DNA of 64,000 bases, taken from NCBI GenBank assembly GCA_965215155.1, contig CBDCCY010000004.1, positions 990,151 through 1,054,150 of the forward strand, written 5' to 3'. The stretch is from Vicinamibacterales bacterium (GTDB lineage Bacteria; Acidobacteriota; Vicinamibacteria; Vicinamibacterales; UBA8438). Shown piece after piece: positions 37,466-46,127 of this stretch. The first letter of the stretch is position 1. Each line of letters begins with the position of its first letter. Under the pieces are notes generated by a model. It worked only from the letters and a program-made list of their open reading frames with translations, made no database searches and had not been told where the DNA came from. The translations under genes and the position numbers were made by a program.

Positions 37466-37675
37466 TCAGTACTTTACGACGCATTCACACCGGAAGCCCC
37501 AGCCGTCGAGCGTGCGCCGCCAGTTCAGCCAGTCGGCCGGATCGGGGTCGTGGAGCATCGCCTCGGTGACCGGTCCGACGTTGCGCTCCTGGGCGCCGGC
37601 CGGCGCCGTTCCGACGCTCATGGCGACGAGGAGGCAGGCGGCCGCGAGCGGGCGTCGACGGCAGTTGCTGCGCAT
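37466..37675 (-). pseudogene. PQQ-dependent dehydrogenase, N-terminal ~62-codon remnant
   Basis: The sequence is MRSNCRRRPLAAACLLVAMSVGTAPAGAQERNVGPVTEAMLHDPDPADWLNWRRTLDGWGF. Similarity then stops at about 37490, where GC drops. Confidence 0.6.
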
Positions 37676-37771
37676 GATGTCTCCTTTGCGATCGGCGAGA
37701 TCGAGCGGCGGCCGGGACACGACTTGCTCCCTGCCATCGTATCGCGCTCGCGCGCCCTCAGGGGCGCGTCG

Positions 37772-37823
37772 GGAGTCTGCGCGGGCTGAGACTCCGGCAT
37801 CTCACGTCTGCGGCGCAGACTCC
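37772..37823. mobile_element. 52-nt MITE-like element bounded by the IS1182-type terminal repeat
   Basis: The sequence is GGAGTCTGCGCGGGCTG...CGTCTGCGGCGCAGACTCC. It is preceded by the hairpin GCGCCCTCAGGGGCGC (37752-37767). Confidence 0.55.
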
Positions 37824-37883
37824 CGGCCACCGGGCGGGTGAGCGCCTGCCGCACCGCCGCGGCCGTCCGGCGCCGCTCGAAGG

Positions 37884-38738
37884 GTGCCGGCCGGCGCCCG
37901 TCACGGCGCCGGCGCTGGCCTGCAGCGGAGAGATGGGATACGGTCGACCCGCGTCTCCGGCGCAGCGGGAGGTGACGGACTCCTGACCGGTCGCGAACGG
38001 CTGATCGTCGCGCTCGACGTCGGCAGCGTCGACGACGCATTGCGCATCGTCGACGAGTTGGCCGACGTGCGCAGCTTCAAGGTCGGCTGGCGGCTGCTGA
38101 TGGCCGGGCTGCGCTCGGGAGGCCTCGATCGCCTCTGGAAGGAGATCGCCGGCGGCACGCGGACGGTCTTCGTCGACCTCAAGGTGCCGGACATCGGGAA
38201 CACGGTGGCCAGCGTCGTCGGCGATCTCGCCGGCGACCCGGCGGTCCGCTTCCTCACGCTGCACGAGAGCCTGCGGGGAAGGGATATCGCTGCGGCGAAG
38301 GCGGCGCGGGGGGCGCGCGAGACGCCCTACCTGTTGACGGTGCCCTTCGTCTCCAGCCTCGACGCGGGCGACCTCGCGGCCATCGCGCCCGCGGAGGCGG
38401 CGCGCGGCATGACGCTCGATCAGTGGATCCTGGGGCGCGCGGAGTCGGCGATCGGCCATGGCTGCGACGGCGTGATCGCCTCGGGCGAAGCCATCGCCCT
38501 CTGCCGGGGACGCTGGCCGAGGGACGCGACGCCGCGCGTCTGGATCGTCAGTCCCGGCATCCGGCCTGCGGGGTCGGGGACGGACGACCACAAGCGGAGC
38601 ACCACGCCGGCCGCCGCCATCGCCGCCGGAGCCGATCATCTCGTCGTCGGTCGCCCCATCCTGAACGCGTCGCACCGGTCCGCTGCGGCCGCCGCCATCG
38701 TGCAAGAGATCGACGACGCGCTCGGCGCCGCCGGCTGA
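37884..38738 (+). CDS. pyrF: orotidine 5'-phosphate decarboxylase
   Basis: The sequence has RLIVALDVGSVDDALRIVDELADVRSFKVGWRL...VFVDLKVPDIGNTV...GVIASG...IVSPGIRP...ADHLVVGRPI. The start codon is uncertain, and the N-terminal ~30 aa of the ORF may not be translated. Confidence 0.8.
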   Translation: MPAGARHGAGAGLQRRDGIRSTRVSGAAGGDGLLTGRERLIVALDVGSVDDALRIVDELADVRSFKVGWRLLMAGLRSGGLDRLWKEIAGGTRTVFVDLKVPDIGNTVASVVGDLAGDPAVRFLTLHESLRGRDIAAAKAARGARETPYLLTVPFVSSLDAGDLAAIAPAEAARGMTLDQWILGRAESAIGHGCDGVIASGEAIALCRGRWPRDATPRVWIVSPGIRPAGSGTDDHKRSTTPAAAIAAGADHLVVGRPILNASHRSAAAAAIVQEIDDALGAAG

Positions 38739-38904
38739 CGCACACCCGGCGCCGCCTTCGGGTTTCGCCCGCGCGCCCGGCTGGATACAATGCGGGTGCC
38801 TCGCCCGTCGCCCGCGCGTCGCCGCGTTCTGCGCCGGCTCGGCCGCCGATCGCCGGTGCTCTACGCGGCGCTGCGGACCGACCGGGGTTTCAGGAGGGTC
38901 TGAC

Positions 38905-39933
38905 ATGCGCATCGCGCCCGCCCTCGGCGTTCTTTCGCTGCTGGCCGTCCTGCTCGCTCATCCTGGCGGCGCCGCCGCCCAGTCCGGCACCATGGACATC
39001 TACTGGATCGACGTCGAGGGCGGCGGCGCGACGCTGGTCATCGCCCCGACCGGCGAGTCGATGCTCCTCGACGTCGGGTGGCCGCGGCCGGAGGGCCGGG
39101 ACGCGCGGCGGATCGCGGCGGTGATGGAGGAGGCGGGCCTCGAGAAGCTCGACTACATGCTCATCACCCACTTCCACACCGACCACGTGGGAAGCCTGCG
39201 AGAGCTGGCGGAACTGGTGCCGATCGACCATTACCTCGATCACGGGGGCGAGACCGAGGAACGGAACCAGCAGTGGCGCGACCTCTACCTGGAGGTCGCC
39301 GGCGACGCCCGGATGGTGGCGTCCGCGGGCGATCGGATGTCGCTAGGCGACGTGGACGTGCTGATGATCTCGTCCAACATGGAGTTGATCGCGGAGACGC
39401 TGAACGACGGCGGCCCCAATCCTCTGTGCGCCGACGCCGAGCGCCGGCCGCCCGCCTCGGCCGAGAACCAGCGCACGCTGGGCGCCCTGTTCAGCTTCGG
39501 CGGCTTCACGTTCGTCGACCTGGGCGATCTCGACTGGGACATGGAGATGAAGCTCTCCTGTCCGGTAAACCGGCTCGGCACGGTCTCGCTCTACCAGACG
39601 AGCCGCCACGGTGCGTTCGACGGGGCCGGCGCGCCGGCGCATCTCTATGCCATGCGGCCGCAGGTGGTGGTGGTGAACAACGGCCCGCGGAAGGGGATCA
39701 CGGCGCCGCACATGTACGACCGGATCACCGCCGTCCCGGACATCGAGGGCATCTGGCAGACGCACCTCGCGCTCGAGGCCGCGGGCCACAACACCGACGA
39801 CGACATGATCGCCAACTTCGAGGACACGGAGGACTGCCAGGGCCACTGGCTGCGAGCGTCGGTCTCGCCGGACGGGACGTTCACGATGACGAACGGCCGC
39901 AACGGCTACAGCCGGACCTATACGGTCCGCTGA
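38905..39933 (+). CDS. secreted MBL-fold metallo-hydrolase
   Basis: The signal peptide is MRIAPALGVLSLLAVLLAHPGGAAAQ. The sequence also has WIDVEGGGATLVIAP...MLITHFHTDHVG (HxHxDH). Confidence 0.8.
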   Translation: MRIAPALGVLSLLAVLLAHPGGAAAQSGTMDIYWIDVEGGGATLVIAPTGESMLLDVGWPRPEGRDARRIAAVMEEAGLEKLDYMLITHFHTDHVGSLRELAELVPIDHYLDHGGETEERNQQWRDLYLEVAGDARMVASAGDRMSLGDVDVLMISSNMELIAETLNDGGPNPLCADAERRPPASAENQRTLGALFSFGGFTFVDLGDLDWDMEMKLSCPVNRLGTVSLYQTSRHGAFDGAGAPAHLYAMRPQVVVVNNGPRKGITAPHMYDRITAVPDIEGIWQTHLALEAAGHNTDDDMIANFEDTEDCQGHWLRASVSPDGTFTMTNGRNGYSRTYTVR

Positions 39934-40094
39934 CGTCCGAGTCGGCAGTCCCGGTCGGTTCGCTCAGCGCGGAGTTGGTTGGAGCGGGCGCCGCAGGATC
40001 GAGCGGCCCGAACGTGGCGTCGCTCTCGCGCTGGCGGCGTTCGGCGCGGCGGAGGAAGGAACGGGGAATCGGAGCGGCTGCGGAAGGGGGGCGC

Positions 40095-41528
40095 ATGTGT
40101 AGCGCGGTTCGCGGAGCGCTCGTCGCGTCGGCGGTCGCGGTGCTGCCGCTGGTGGGCGGCGCTACGGCCGAAGCAACCGATGGGCGGCTGAAGGAAGCGG
40201 TGCGGAGTCGCGACCACGCAGCGCTGCGCACCCTGCTCGATCAGGGCGCCGACCCGAGCGCGCCCGAGGGCGACGGCGCGACGCCCCTCCATTGGGCCGT
40301 GCGGTGGGACGATGCCGAGGGGGTCGACCTGCTGCTGGATGCCGGCGCCGCCGTCGACGCCGCGAACGACTACGGCGTCACCCCGCTCTCGCTCGCCTGC
40401 ATCAACCGCAACGCGACGATGGTCGAGCGGCTCCTGGCCGCGGGCGCGGATCCGGACGCCGCCACGTCGATGGGCGAGACCGCCCTGATGACGTGCGCGC
40501 GGACCGGGGCTGCCGGCGGAGTGTCGGCGCTCCTCGCGGCCGGGGCGAGCAACGTCGACGCGCGGGAGGCCTCGCGGGGCCAGACCGCGCTGATGTGGGC
40601 GGCGGCGCAGGGGCATCCCGAGGTCATGCGGCTGCTGCTCACGGCCGGCGCCGACGTCGGCGCGCGCACGCGCACCCGGTCGCTGCTCGTCAGCCTGGGC
40701 GGCAGCGGCGCGGACCGGGCGGCGGAGCTCCCGCTGGGCGGCTTCACGCCGCTGCTGTTCGCCGCCCGGCGGGGGAACGTGGAGAGCGCCCGGCTGCTGC
40801 TCGACGCGGGGGCCGACGTCAACGAGACGGCCCCGGACGGCGCGTCGGCGCTGGTGGTCGCGAGCTTCAGCGGGCACGGCGAGCTGGCCACGTTCCTGCT
40901 GCGGCGGGGCGCGCAGCCGAACGCGGCCGGCGCCGGCTACGCGGCGCTCCACGCCGCCGTGCTGCGCGCCGACGAGCGGCTGGTCCGGACCCTCGTCGCC
41001 CACGGCGCCGACCCCGACATTCGGCTCACGCGGGGGAGCCGCGTGCCGCGCGCGACCCACTGGTGGGTCCTGCCGGGGTCGATGGCGGGGGCCACGCCGT
41101 TCCTGCTGGCCGCCAAGTATGCCGACGTCGGCATCATGCGCCTCCTGGCCGAGGCCGGCGCCGATCCGTTCCTGCCGCTCCGCGACGGGACGACGCCGCT
41201 GATGATGGCCTCGGGCGCCCACTGGAGCAACGGCGAGATCGACCGGCACAACCGCCGGGCCCCGCCGGAGGTCGCCGAGGCGCTGCACGCCGACGAGCAG
41301 CCGAACCTGGCCGCTGCGCGGCTCGCGCTCGAGCTCGGCGCCGACGTGAGCGTCCGCAACGAGGCGGGCGACACCGCCCTGCACTCGGCGGTCTACAAGG
41401 CGTGGCCCGCCGTGGTCGAGCTCCTCGTCGGCCACGGCGGCGACCTCGACGCCGCGAACGAGGCGGAACGGACGCCGCGGCAGATGATGTGCCACGAGGG
41501 CGGGCAGCTCGTCCGCTGCGCGGGCTAG
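40095..41528 (+). CDS. ankyrin-repeat protein with signal peptide
   Basis: The protein begins MCSAVRGALVASAVAVLPLVGGATAEA. Repeated G.TPLHWAV....VDLLLDAGADV units follow. Only the part of ORF 39078..41528 downstream of the ATG at 40095 was accepted. Confidence 0.85.
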   Translation: MCSAVRGALVASAVAVLPLVGGATAEATDGRLKEAVRSRDHAALRTLLDQGADPSAPEGDGATPLHWAVRWDDAEGVDLLLDAGAAVDAANDYGVTPLSLACINRNATMVERLLAAGADPDAATSMGETALMTCARTGAAGGVSALLAAGASNVDAREASRGQTALMWAAAQGHPEVMRLLLTAGADVGARTRTRSLLVSLGGSGADRAAELPLGGFTPLLFAARRGNVESARLLLDAGADVNETAPDGASALVVASFSGHGELATFLLRRGAQPNAAGAGYAALHAAVLRADERLVRTLVAHGADPDIRLTRGSRVPRATHWWVLPGSMAGATPFLLAAKYADVGIMRLLAEAGADPFLPLRDGTTPLMMASGAHWSNGEIDRHNRRAPPEVAEALHADEQPNLAAARLALELGADVSVRNEAGDTALHSAVYKAWPAVVELLVGHGGDLDAANEAERTPRQMMCHEGGQLVRCAG

Positions 41529-41651
41529 GAGCTTGCGCCGCGGAACGCAACGGCGTGTGCGGCGGCGCAAGCTCCTGGGGCGTTGGGGGCTGAGGCGGAA
41601 CACGGAGCCTGCGACGGGTTTGGCGGCGCTAGCGCCCTCACGGGCGCGTTG

Positions 41652-41761
41652 GGAGTCGGCGCTGGCACGAACCGCTCCATGGCACGATTCTGCGGCGCAG
41701 ACTCCCAGGAGTCTGCGCGGGGGCGGCATGCAGCATCGCAGGTTTCCGCGGCGCAGACTCC
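41652..41761. mobile_element. two tandem 54-nt MITE-like elements with the IS1182-type terminal repeat
   Basis: The copies at 41652-41705 (GGAGTCGGCGCTGG...TTCTGCGGCGCAGACTCC) and 41708-41761 (GGAGTCTGCGCGGGGGC...CCGCGGCGCAGACTCC) are separated by CA. They are preceded by the hairpin GCGCCCTCACGGGCGC (41632-41647). Confidence 0.55.
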
Positions 41762-41794
41762 TGGACGGGGCGAACGACCGAGAGAGGTGACGAG

Positions 41795-44299
41795 ATGCTC
41801 CAGCAGCGAGCGGGCGTGGTCACGAAGCCTGGCCGACTCCCCGCCGTCCGGTCAATCCATCGCGGGATCGGGATCGCCGCAACCGCGAGTCTCTGCCTGG
41901 CGACCGCGGCGTCCAGCCCCGCGGCCGCGTCGGAAGAGTCCGTGCGCACGATGCTGGGCCGCTACTGCCTGACGTGTCACAGCGACCTGGGACAGGCGGC
42001 GGGCCTGGTCCCGGTCTCCCTCGAGGGGCTCGATGCTGCCGACGTGAGGGCGCACTCCGCCGAGTGGGAGCAGGTGGCGCTCAAGCTGCGCGCCGGGATG
42101 ATGCCGCCGGCCGGCCGCCCGCGCCCCGACGCCGCCACCTACGATGCCGTCGCGGGCTGGCTCGAGGCCGAGCTCGACCGCGCCGCGGCGGAGACGCCGA
42201 ATCCGGGCCGCACCACCGTGCATCGTCTCAACCGCGTGCAGTACGGCAACGCGGTGCGCGATCTGCTCGGCATCGAGATCGATCCCGAGGCGCTGCTGCC
42301 GCCGGACGACGAGGACGAGGGTTTCGACAACATCGCCGACGTGCTCTCGGTCTCGCCGACCCTGATGGAGCGCTACCTCTATGCGGCGCGCCAGGTGAGC
42401 CAGCTCGCCATCGGCGACGCCACGCTGCGGCCCCGCTTCGACACCTACCGCGTGCCCGACCGCGAGATCCAGGACTACCACACGAGCGACGAGCTGCCGT
42501 TCGGCACCCGCGGCGGCATCGCCGTGCGCCACTACTTCCCGCTCGACGGGGAGTACAGCATCCGGGTGGGGCTGCGCCGGAACTTCTACAACTACATCCG
42601 CGGCATCGGCAACACGGCGCACCCGCTCGACGTCCGGGTGGACGGCGTCCGCGTGGCCACGTTCGTGGCCGGCGGGGGGCTGAGCGATGACGCCGAGCGC
42701 TGCATCGCGAGCTTCTGCGGCAGCTCCGGCATGGGCGGGGCCGAGTGGGAATGGTACGCGAACCACGCGGACGACGATTTCGAGGTGCGGGTCCAGGTGC
42801 CGGCGGGCCTCCGCACCGTCGGCGTCGCGTTCGTCCGCAATCCCGCCCTCGAGGAAGGCGTGCTCCAGCCGCCGGTCGACATGTCGACGTTCGGCTACAG
42901 CACGGACGAGGAGATGGACGGCAACCCCGCCGTCGGCAACGTCGTCATCGGCGGACCGTTCGACGGCATGACGCCGGCCGAGGTCGAGAGCCGGCAGCGG
43001 ATCTTCGTCTGCGCCCCGGAGGGCGGTGGGGAGGAGGGCTGCGCGAAGGAGATCATCGGAACGCTCGCGCGGCGCGCCTATCGGAGGCCGGTGACCGCGG
43101 CCGACGTGGAACACCTGTTCGGCTTCTTCGAGTCGGGCCGGCGGCAGGGCGACTTCGACTCCGGAATCCAGACCGTGCTCGAGCGCGTCCTCGTCGATCC
43201 GGAGTTCCTGTTCCGGGTGCCGCGTCCGCCCGCCGACGCCGGCACCGCCGTCTACCGCATCGACGACCGGGAGCTGGCGTCGCGGCTCTCGTTCTTCCTC
43301 TGGAACAGCATCCCGGACGACGCGCTGCTCGCGGCGGCGGAGCGGGGCGCGCTGTCAAACCCGCGGGGGCTGGAGCGGCAGGTGCGGCGCATGCTGGCCG
43401 ATCCCCGTTCGGAGCGTCTTGCCCGGAACTTCTTCGACCGCTGGCTCGAGCTGCACAAGATCCGCAACGTCGCGCCCGACCCGACCATCTTCCCGGCGTT
43501 CGACGAGAACCTGCGCGACGCCATGCAGCGCGAGACCGAGCTCTTCCTCGCGAGCCTGCTGCGGGAGGATCGCAGCGCGCTCGACCTCCTGCAGGCGGAC
43601 TACACTTTCGTGAACGAGCGGCTCGCTCGCCACTACGGCCTTCCGGACGTGTACGGCAACCACTTCCGGCGGGTGACGCTGCCCGACGACCGCCGGGCGG
43701 GCCTGATCGGCAAGGGGAGCATCCTGACGCTGACGTCGTACTCCACCCGCACCTCGGTGGTGAACCGCGGCAAGTGGCTCCTCGAGCGGGTGCTCGGGGC
43801 GCCGCCCCCGGCGCCGCCGGCCAACGTCCCGCCGCTCGAGGAGAGCGCCGGCGACGTCGCCGCGCCGACGTCGCAGCGCGAGCGGATGGAGGCGCACCGC
43901 GCGAATCCGAGCTGCGCGGTCTGCCACCGCCTGACGGATCCGCTCGGGTTCGCGCTCGACAACTTCGACGCGATCGGCCGCTGGCGGACCACCGACGACC
44001 CGCGGATTCCGGGCCAGCGGGGCCCCGTCATCGATGCCTCCGGGGTGACGCCGGACGGGTACCGCTTCGAGGGGCCGGCGGGGCTCAGGGGGTTGCTGCT
44101 CGACCGCCGGCAGCAGTTCGTCCGGACGGTGGCCGAGAAGTTGTTGACGTATGCCCTCGGGCGTCGTCTGGAGTATTACGATAGGCCGGTGGTTCGTAGC
44201 ATCGTGCGGAACGCCGAGGAGAGCGACTACCGCTGGTCGGCGCTGGTTCTGGGCGTCGTGGAGAGCGCGCCGTTTCAGTTGAGGAGGGTGGGATCATGA
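41795..44299 (+). CDS. DUF1592/DUF1588/DUF1585-type protein with N-terminal cytochrome c motif
   Basis: A CLTCHS haem motif sits near the N-terminus and a second CAVCH lies near the C-terminus. The protein is 834 aa, with the characteristic architecture that pairs with DUF1552. Confidence 0.85.
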   Translation: MLQQRAGVVTKPGRLPAVRSIHRGIGIAATASLCLATAASSPAAASEESVRTMLGRYCLTCHSDLGQAAGLVPVSLEGLDAADVRAHSAEWEQVALKLRAGMMPPAGRPRPDAATYDAVAGWLEAELDRAAAETPNPGRTTVHRLNRVQYGNAVRDLLGIEIDPEALLPPDDEDEGFDNIADVLSVSPTLMERYLYAARQVSQLAIGDATLRPRFDTYRVPDREIQDYHTSDELPFGTRGGIAVRHYFPLDGEYSIRVGLRRNFYNYIRGIGNTAHPLDVRVDGVRVATFVAGGGLSDDAERCIASFCGSSGMGGAEWEWYANHADDDFEVRVQVPAGLRTVGVAFVRNPALEEGVLQPPVDMSTFGYSTDEEMDGNPAVGNVVIGGPFDGMTPAEVESRQRIFVCAPEGGGEEGCAKEIIGTLARRAYRRPVTAADVEHLFGFFESGRRQGDFDSGIQTVLERVLVDPEFLFRVPRPPADAGTAVYRIDDRELASRLSFFLWNSIPDDALLAAAERGALSNPRGLERQVRRMLADPRSERLARNFFDRWLELHKIRNVAPDPTIFPAFDENLRDAMQRETELFLASLLREDRSALDLLQADYTFVNERLARHYGLPDVYGNHFRRVTLPDDRRAGLIGKGSILTLTSYSTRTSVVNRGKWLLERVLGAPPPAPPANVPPLEESAGDVAAPTSQRERMEAHRANPSCAVCHRLTDPLGFALDNFDAIGRWRTTDDPRIPGQRGPVIDASGVTPDGYRFEGPAGLRGLLLDRRQQFVRTVAEKLLTYALGRRLEYYDRPVVRSIVRNAEESDYRWSALVLGVVESAPFQLRRVGS

Positions 44300-45669
44300 T
44301 CGTCACGAAGAAGGCCATCCCGCGCCGCACGGTGCTGCGCGGCTTCGGCACGGCGTTGGCGCTGCCGCTCCTGGACGGGATGGTGCCGGCGCTTACGGCC
44401 CTCACGCGGACGGCGGCCAGCCCCGCGAAGCGGCTCGGCGTGGTGTACGTGCCGAACGGCATCATCACCCGGAACGGCAACTGGACCCCCGCGACCGACA
44501 CGGCGGGGTTCGAGCTGCCGCGGCTCCTCCAGCCGATGGAGCCGGTGCGGAAGCACCTGACGATCCTCACGAACCTCGACAACCGGGCCGCCTTCGCGCG
44601 CCCCGGGGAGGCGCTCGGGTCGCACTCGCGCCCCGCGGCCGCGTTCCTGACCGGCATCCACGCCGAGCAGACGCAGGGCTCGGAGCTCGACCTCGGCACC
44701 TCGATGGACCAGTACGCAGCGCAGGCCGTCGGCAGCGAGACGCGCCTGCCGTCGCTGGAGCTGTCGCTCGAGGGCGCCGACACGTTCAACGGCGTCAGCA
44801 CCTGCGACAGCGGCTACAGTTGCGCCTACCTCAACATCTCGTGGCACGACCGGACCACGCCGATGCCGCGCGAGACCAACCCGCGCATGGTGTTCGAGCG
44901 CCTCTTCGGCGACGCCGGGAGCACCGACGCCGGGGTGCGGCTGGCGCGCGCGCAGCAGCAGCGGAGCATCCTCGACGCGGTGATGGACAAGGTGGCGCGC
45001 CTCCGGGGTGACCTCGACGGCGAGGACCGGCGCAAGCTCGACAACTATCTCGACGCCGTCCGCGAGATCGAGCGGCGCATCGAGATCGCCGAGCGGCAGG
45101 CCGACCGCGAGCTGCCGCTGCTCGAATCGCCCGCCGGCATCCCGGTCTCGTTCGACGATCACGCGCGGCTGATGTACGACCTGCTGCTGCTGGCCTACCA
45201 GACCGACGTGACCCGGGTGTTCACCTACATGATCGGCCGCGAGCAGAGCGGCACCACGTATCCGCAGATCGGCGTCCCCGACCCGCACCACCCGCTGACG
45301 CACCACCGCGGCGACGTGGAGAAGATCGAGAAGGTGACGAAGATCAACCAGTACCACGTGCAGCTCTTCAGCGAGTTCGTCGCCAAGCTGGCCGCCACGC
45401 CCGACGGCGACGGCGCGCTCATCGACAACGTGATGCTGCTCTACGGCGCGGCGCTCCGGGACGGGGACGCGCACGTGTACAACAACATCCCGCTCCTGCT
45501 GGTCGGCCACGGCGGCGGCCGGATCAAGGGCGACCGCCACATCGTCTATCCGCCGGACGCCAACCCGATGACCAACCTGCAGCTCACCATGCTGCAGATG
45601 CTCGGCGTCCCGATGGAGCGCTTCGGCGACAGCACGGGAACGCTGCGGGAGCTGACGGGCCTTTCGTAG
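44296..45669 (+). CDS. DUF1552-domain protein
   Basis: There is an ATGA overlap with the upstream gene. The N-terminus is Tat-like (MIVTKKAIPRRTVLRGFGTALALPLL). The ...HHPLTHH... motif is typical of the family. Confidence 0.85.
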   Translation: MIVTKKAIPRRTVLRGFGTALALPLLDGMVPALTALTRTAASPAKRLGVVYVPNGIITRNGNWTPATDTAGFELPRLLQPMEPVRKHLTILTNLDNRAAFARPGEALGSHSRPAAAFLTGIHAEQTQGSELDLGTSMDQYAAQAVGSETRLPSLELSLEGADTFNGVSTCDSGYSCAYLNISWHDRTTPMPRETNPRMVFERLFGDAGSTDAGVRLARAQQQRSILDAVMDKVARLRGDLDGEDRRKLDNYLDAVREIERRIEIAERQADRELPLLESPAGIPVSFDDHARLMYDLLLLAYQTDVTRVFTYMIGREQSGTTYPQIGVPDPHHPLTHHRGDVEKIEKVTKINQYHVQLFSEFVAKLAATPDGDGALIDNVMLLYGAALRDGDAHVYNNIPLLLVGHGGGRIKGDRHIVYPPDANPMTNLQLTMLQMLGVPMERFGDSTGTLRELTGLS

Positions 45670-45772
45670 GGGGCGCCCTCGGTCGCTACGGCCGGGAGAC
45701 TCGGGTTGCGGGCGGCCGGGGGGATTCGCTCCCCGGCCGCCGATATGCCTGCATTCTGGCAGCGCAGCCCAT

Positions 45773-46127
45773 CTACGCGGGTTCGCCTCGAAACAGTTCC
45801 GGCACGGATGTCCTGAGAAGCCGTCTCATCCTGCGAAGCACCATCGCATTGTCGTCGTCCGAGCCGTCCATGTTCAACGCAGGCTGGTAGTGCCCTATCA
45901 GCTTGGACTCCTCCTGCCGGATGCTATCTGCCCTTCCATCCATCGGCTTCAGTGCTACCCGCAGGTGCGCGTTCATGAAGTCTGTTACCTGCTGCTCGCT
46001 CGCCCACCCGGTCAGCTCATAGAGTATGGCGGCTAGGGAGCGGCGAAGCGTGCTCCCGTAGCCGCGAGTACCGCGCGGATGGTTGCGCACGGTTCCGCGG
46101 AGATGACATTGCACGATCCGGTAATCG
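45773..46127 (-). pseudogene. GIY-YIG-like protein, C-terminal part (split by ISL3)
   Basis: The reverse strand reads ..DYRIVQCHLRGTVRNHPRGTRGYGSTLRRSLAAILYELTGWASEQQVTDFMNAHLRVALKP.... It continues the frame of 47705-47887 once the IS and one copy of the duplicated CCGGTAATCG are removed. Confidence 0.65.

Noticed and set aside
39078-40094. N-terminal 339 codons of the 816-aa ORF 39078..41528
   Set aside because: It overlaps the MBL-fold gene (38905-39933) out of frame and has a shadow-frame composition. Only the ankyrin-repeat part from ATG 40095, which has a signal peptide, is credible.
39918-41729. 603-aa antisense ORF. Similar long antisense or off-frame ORFs occur at 3226-4083, 3918-4811, 41852-43114, 44275-45540, 46033-47634, 46146-47621, 52739-54697, 52971-54731, 53353-54978, 59565-61436 and 61823-63436.
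   Set aside because: All lie opposite or out of frame to genes with clear family signatures. They translate to Arg/Pro/Gly-rich sequence without recognisable motifs. This is a common artefact at ~70% GC.
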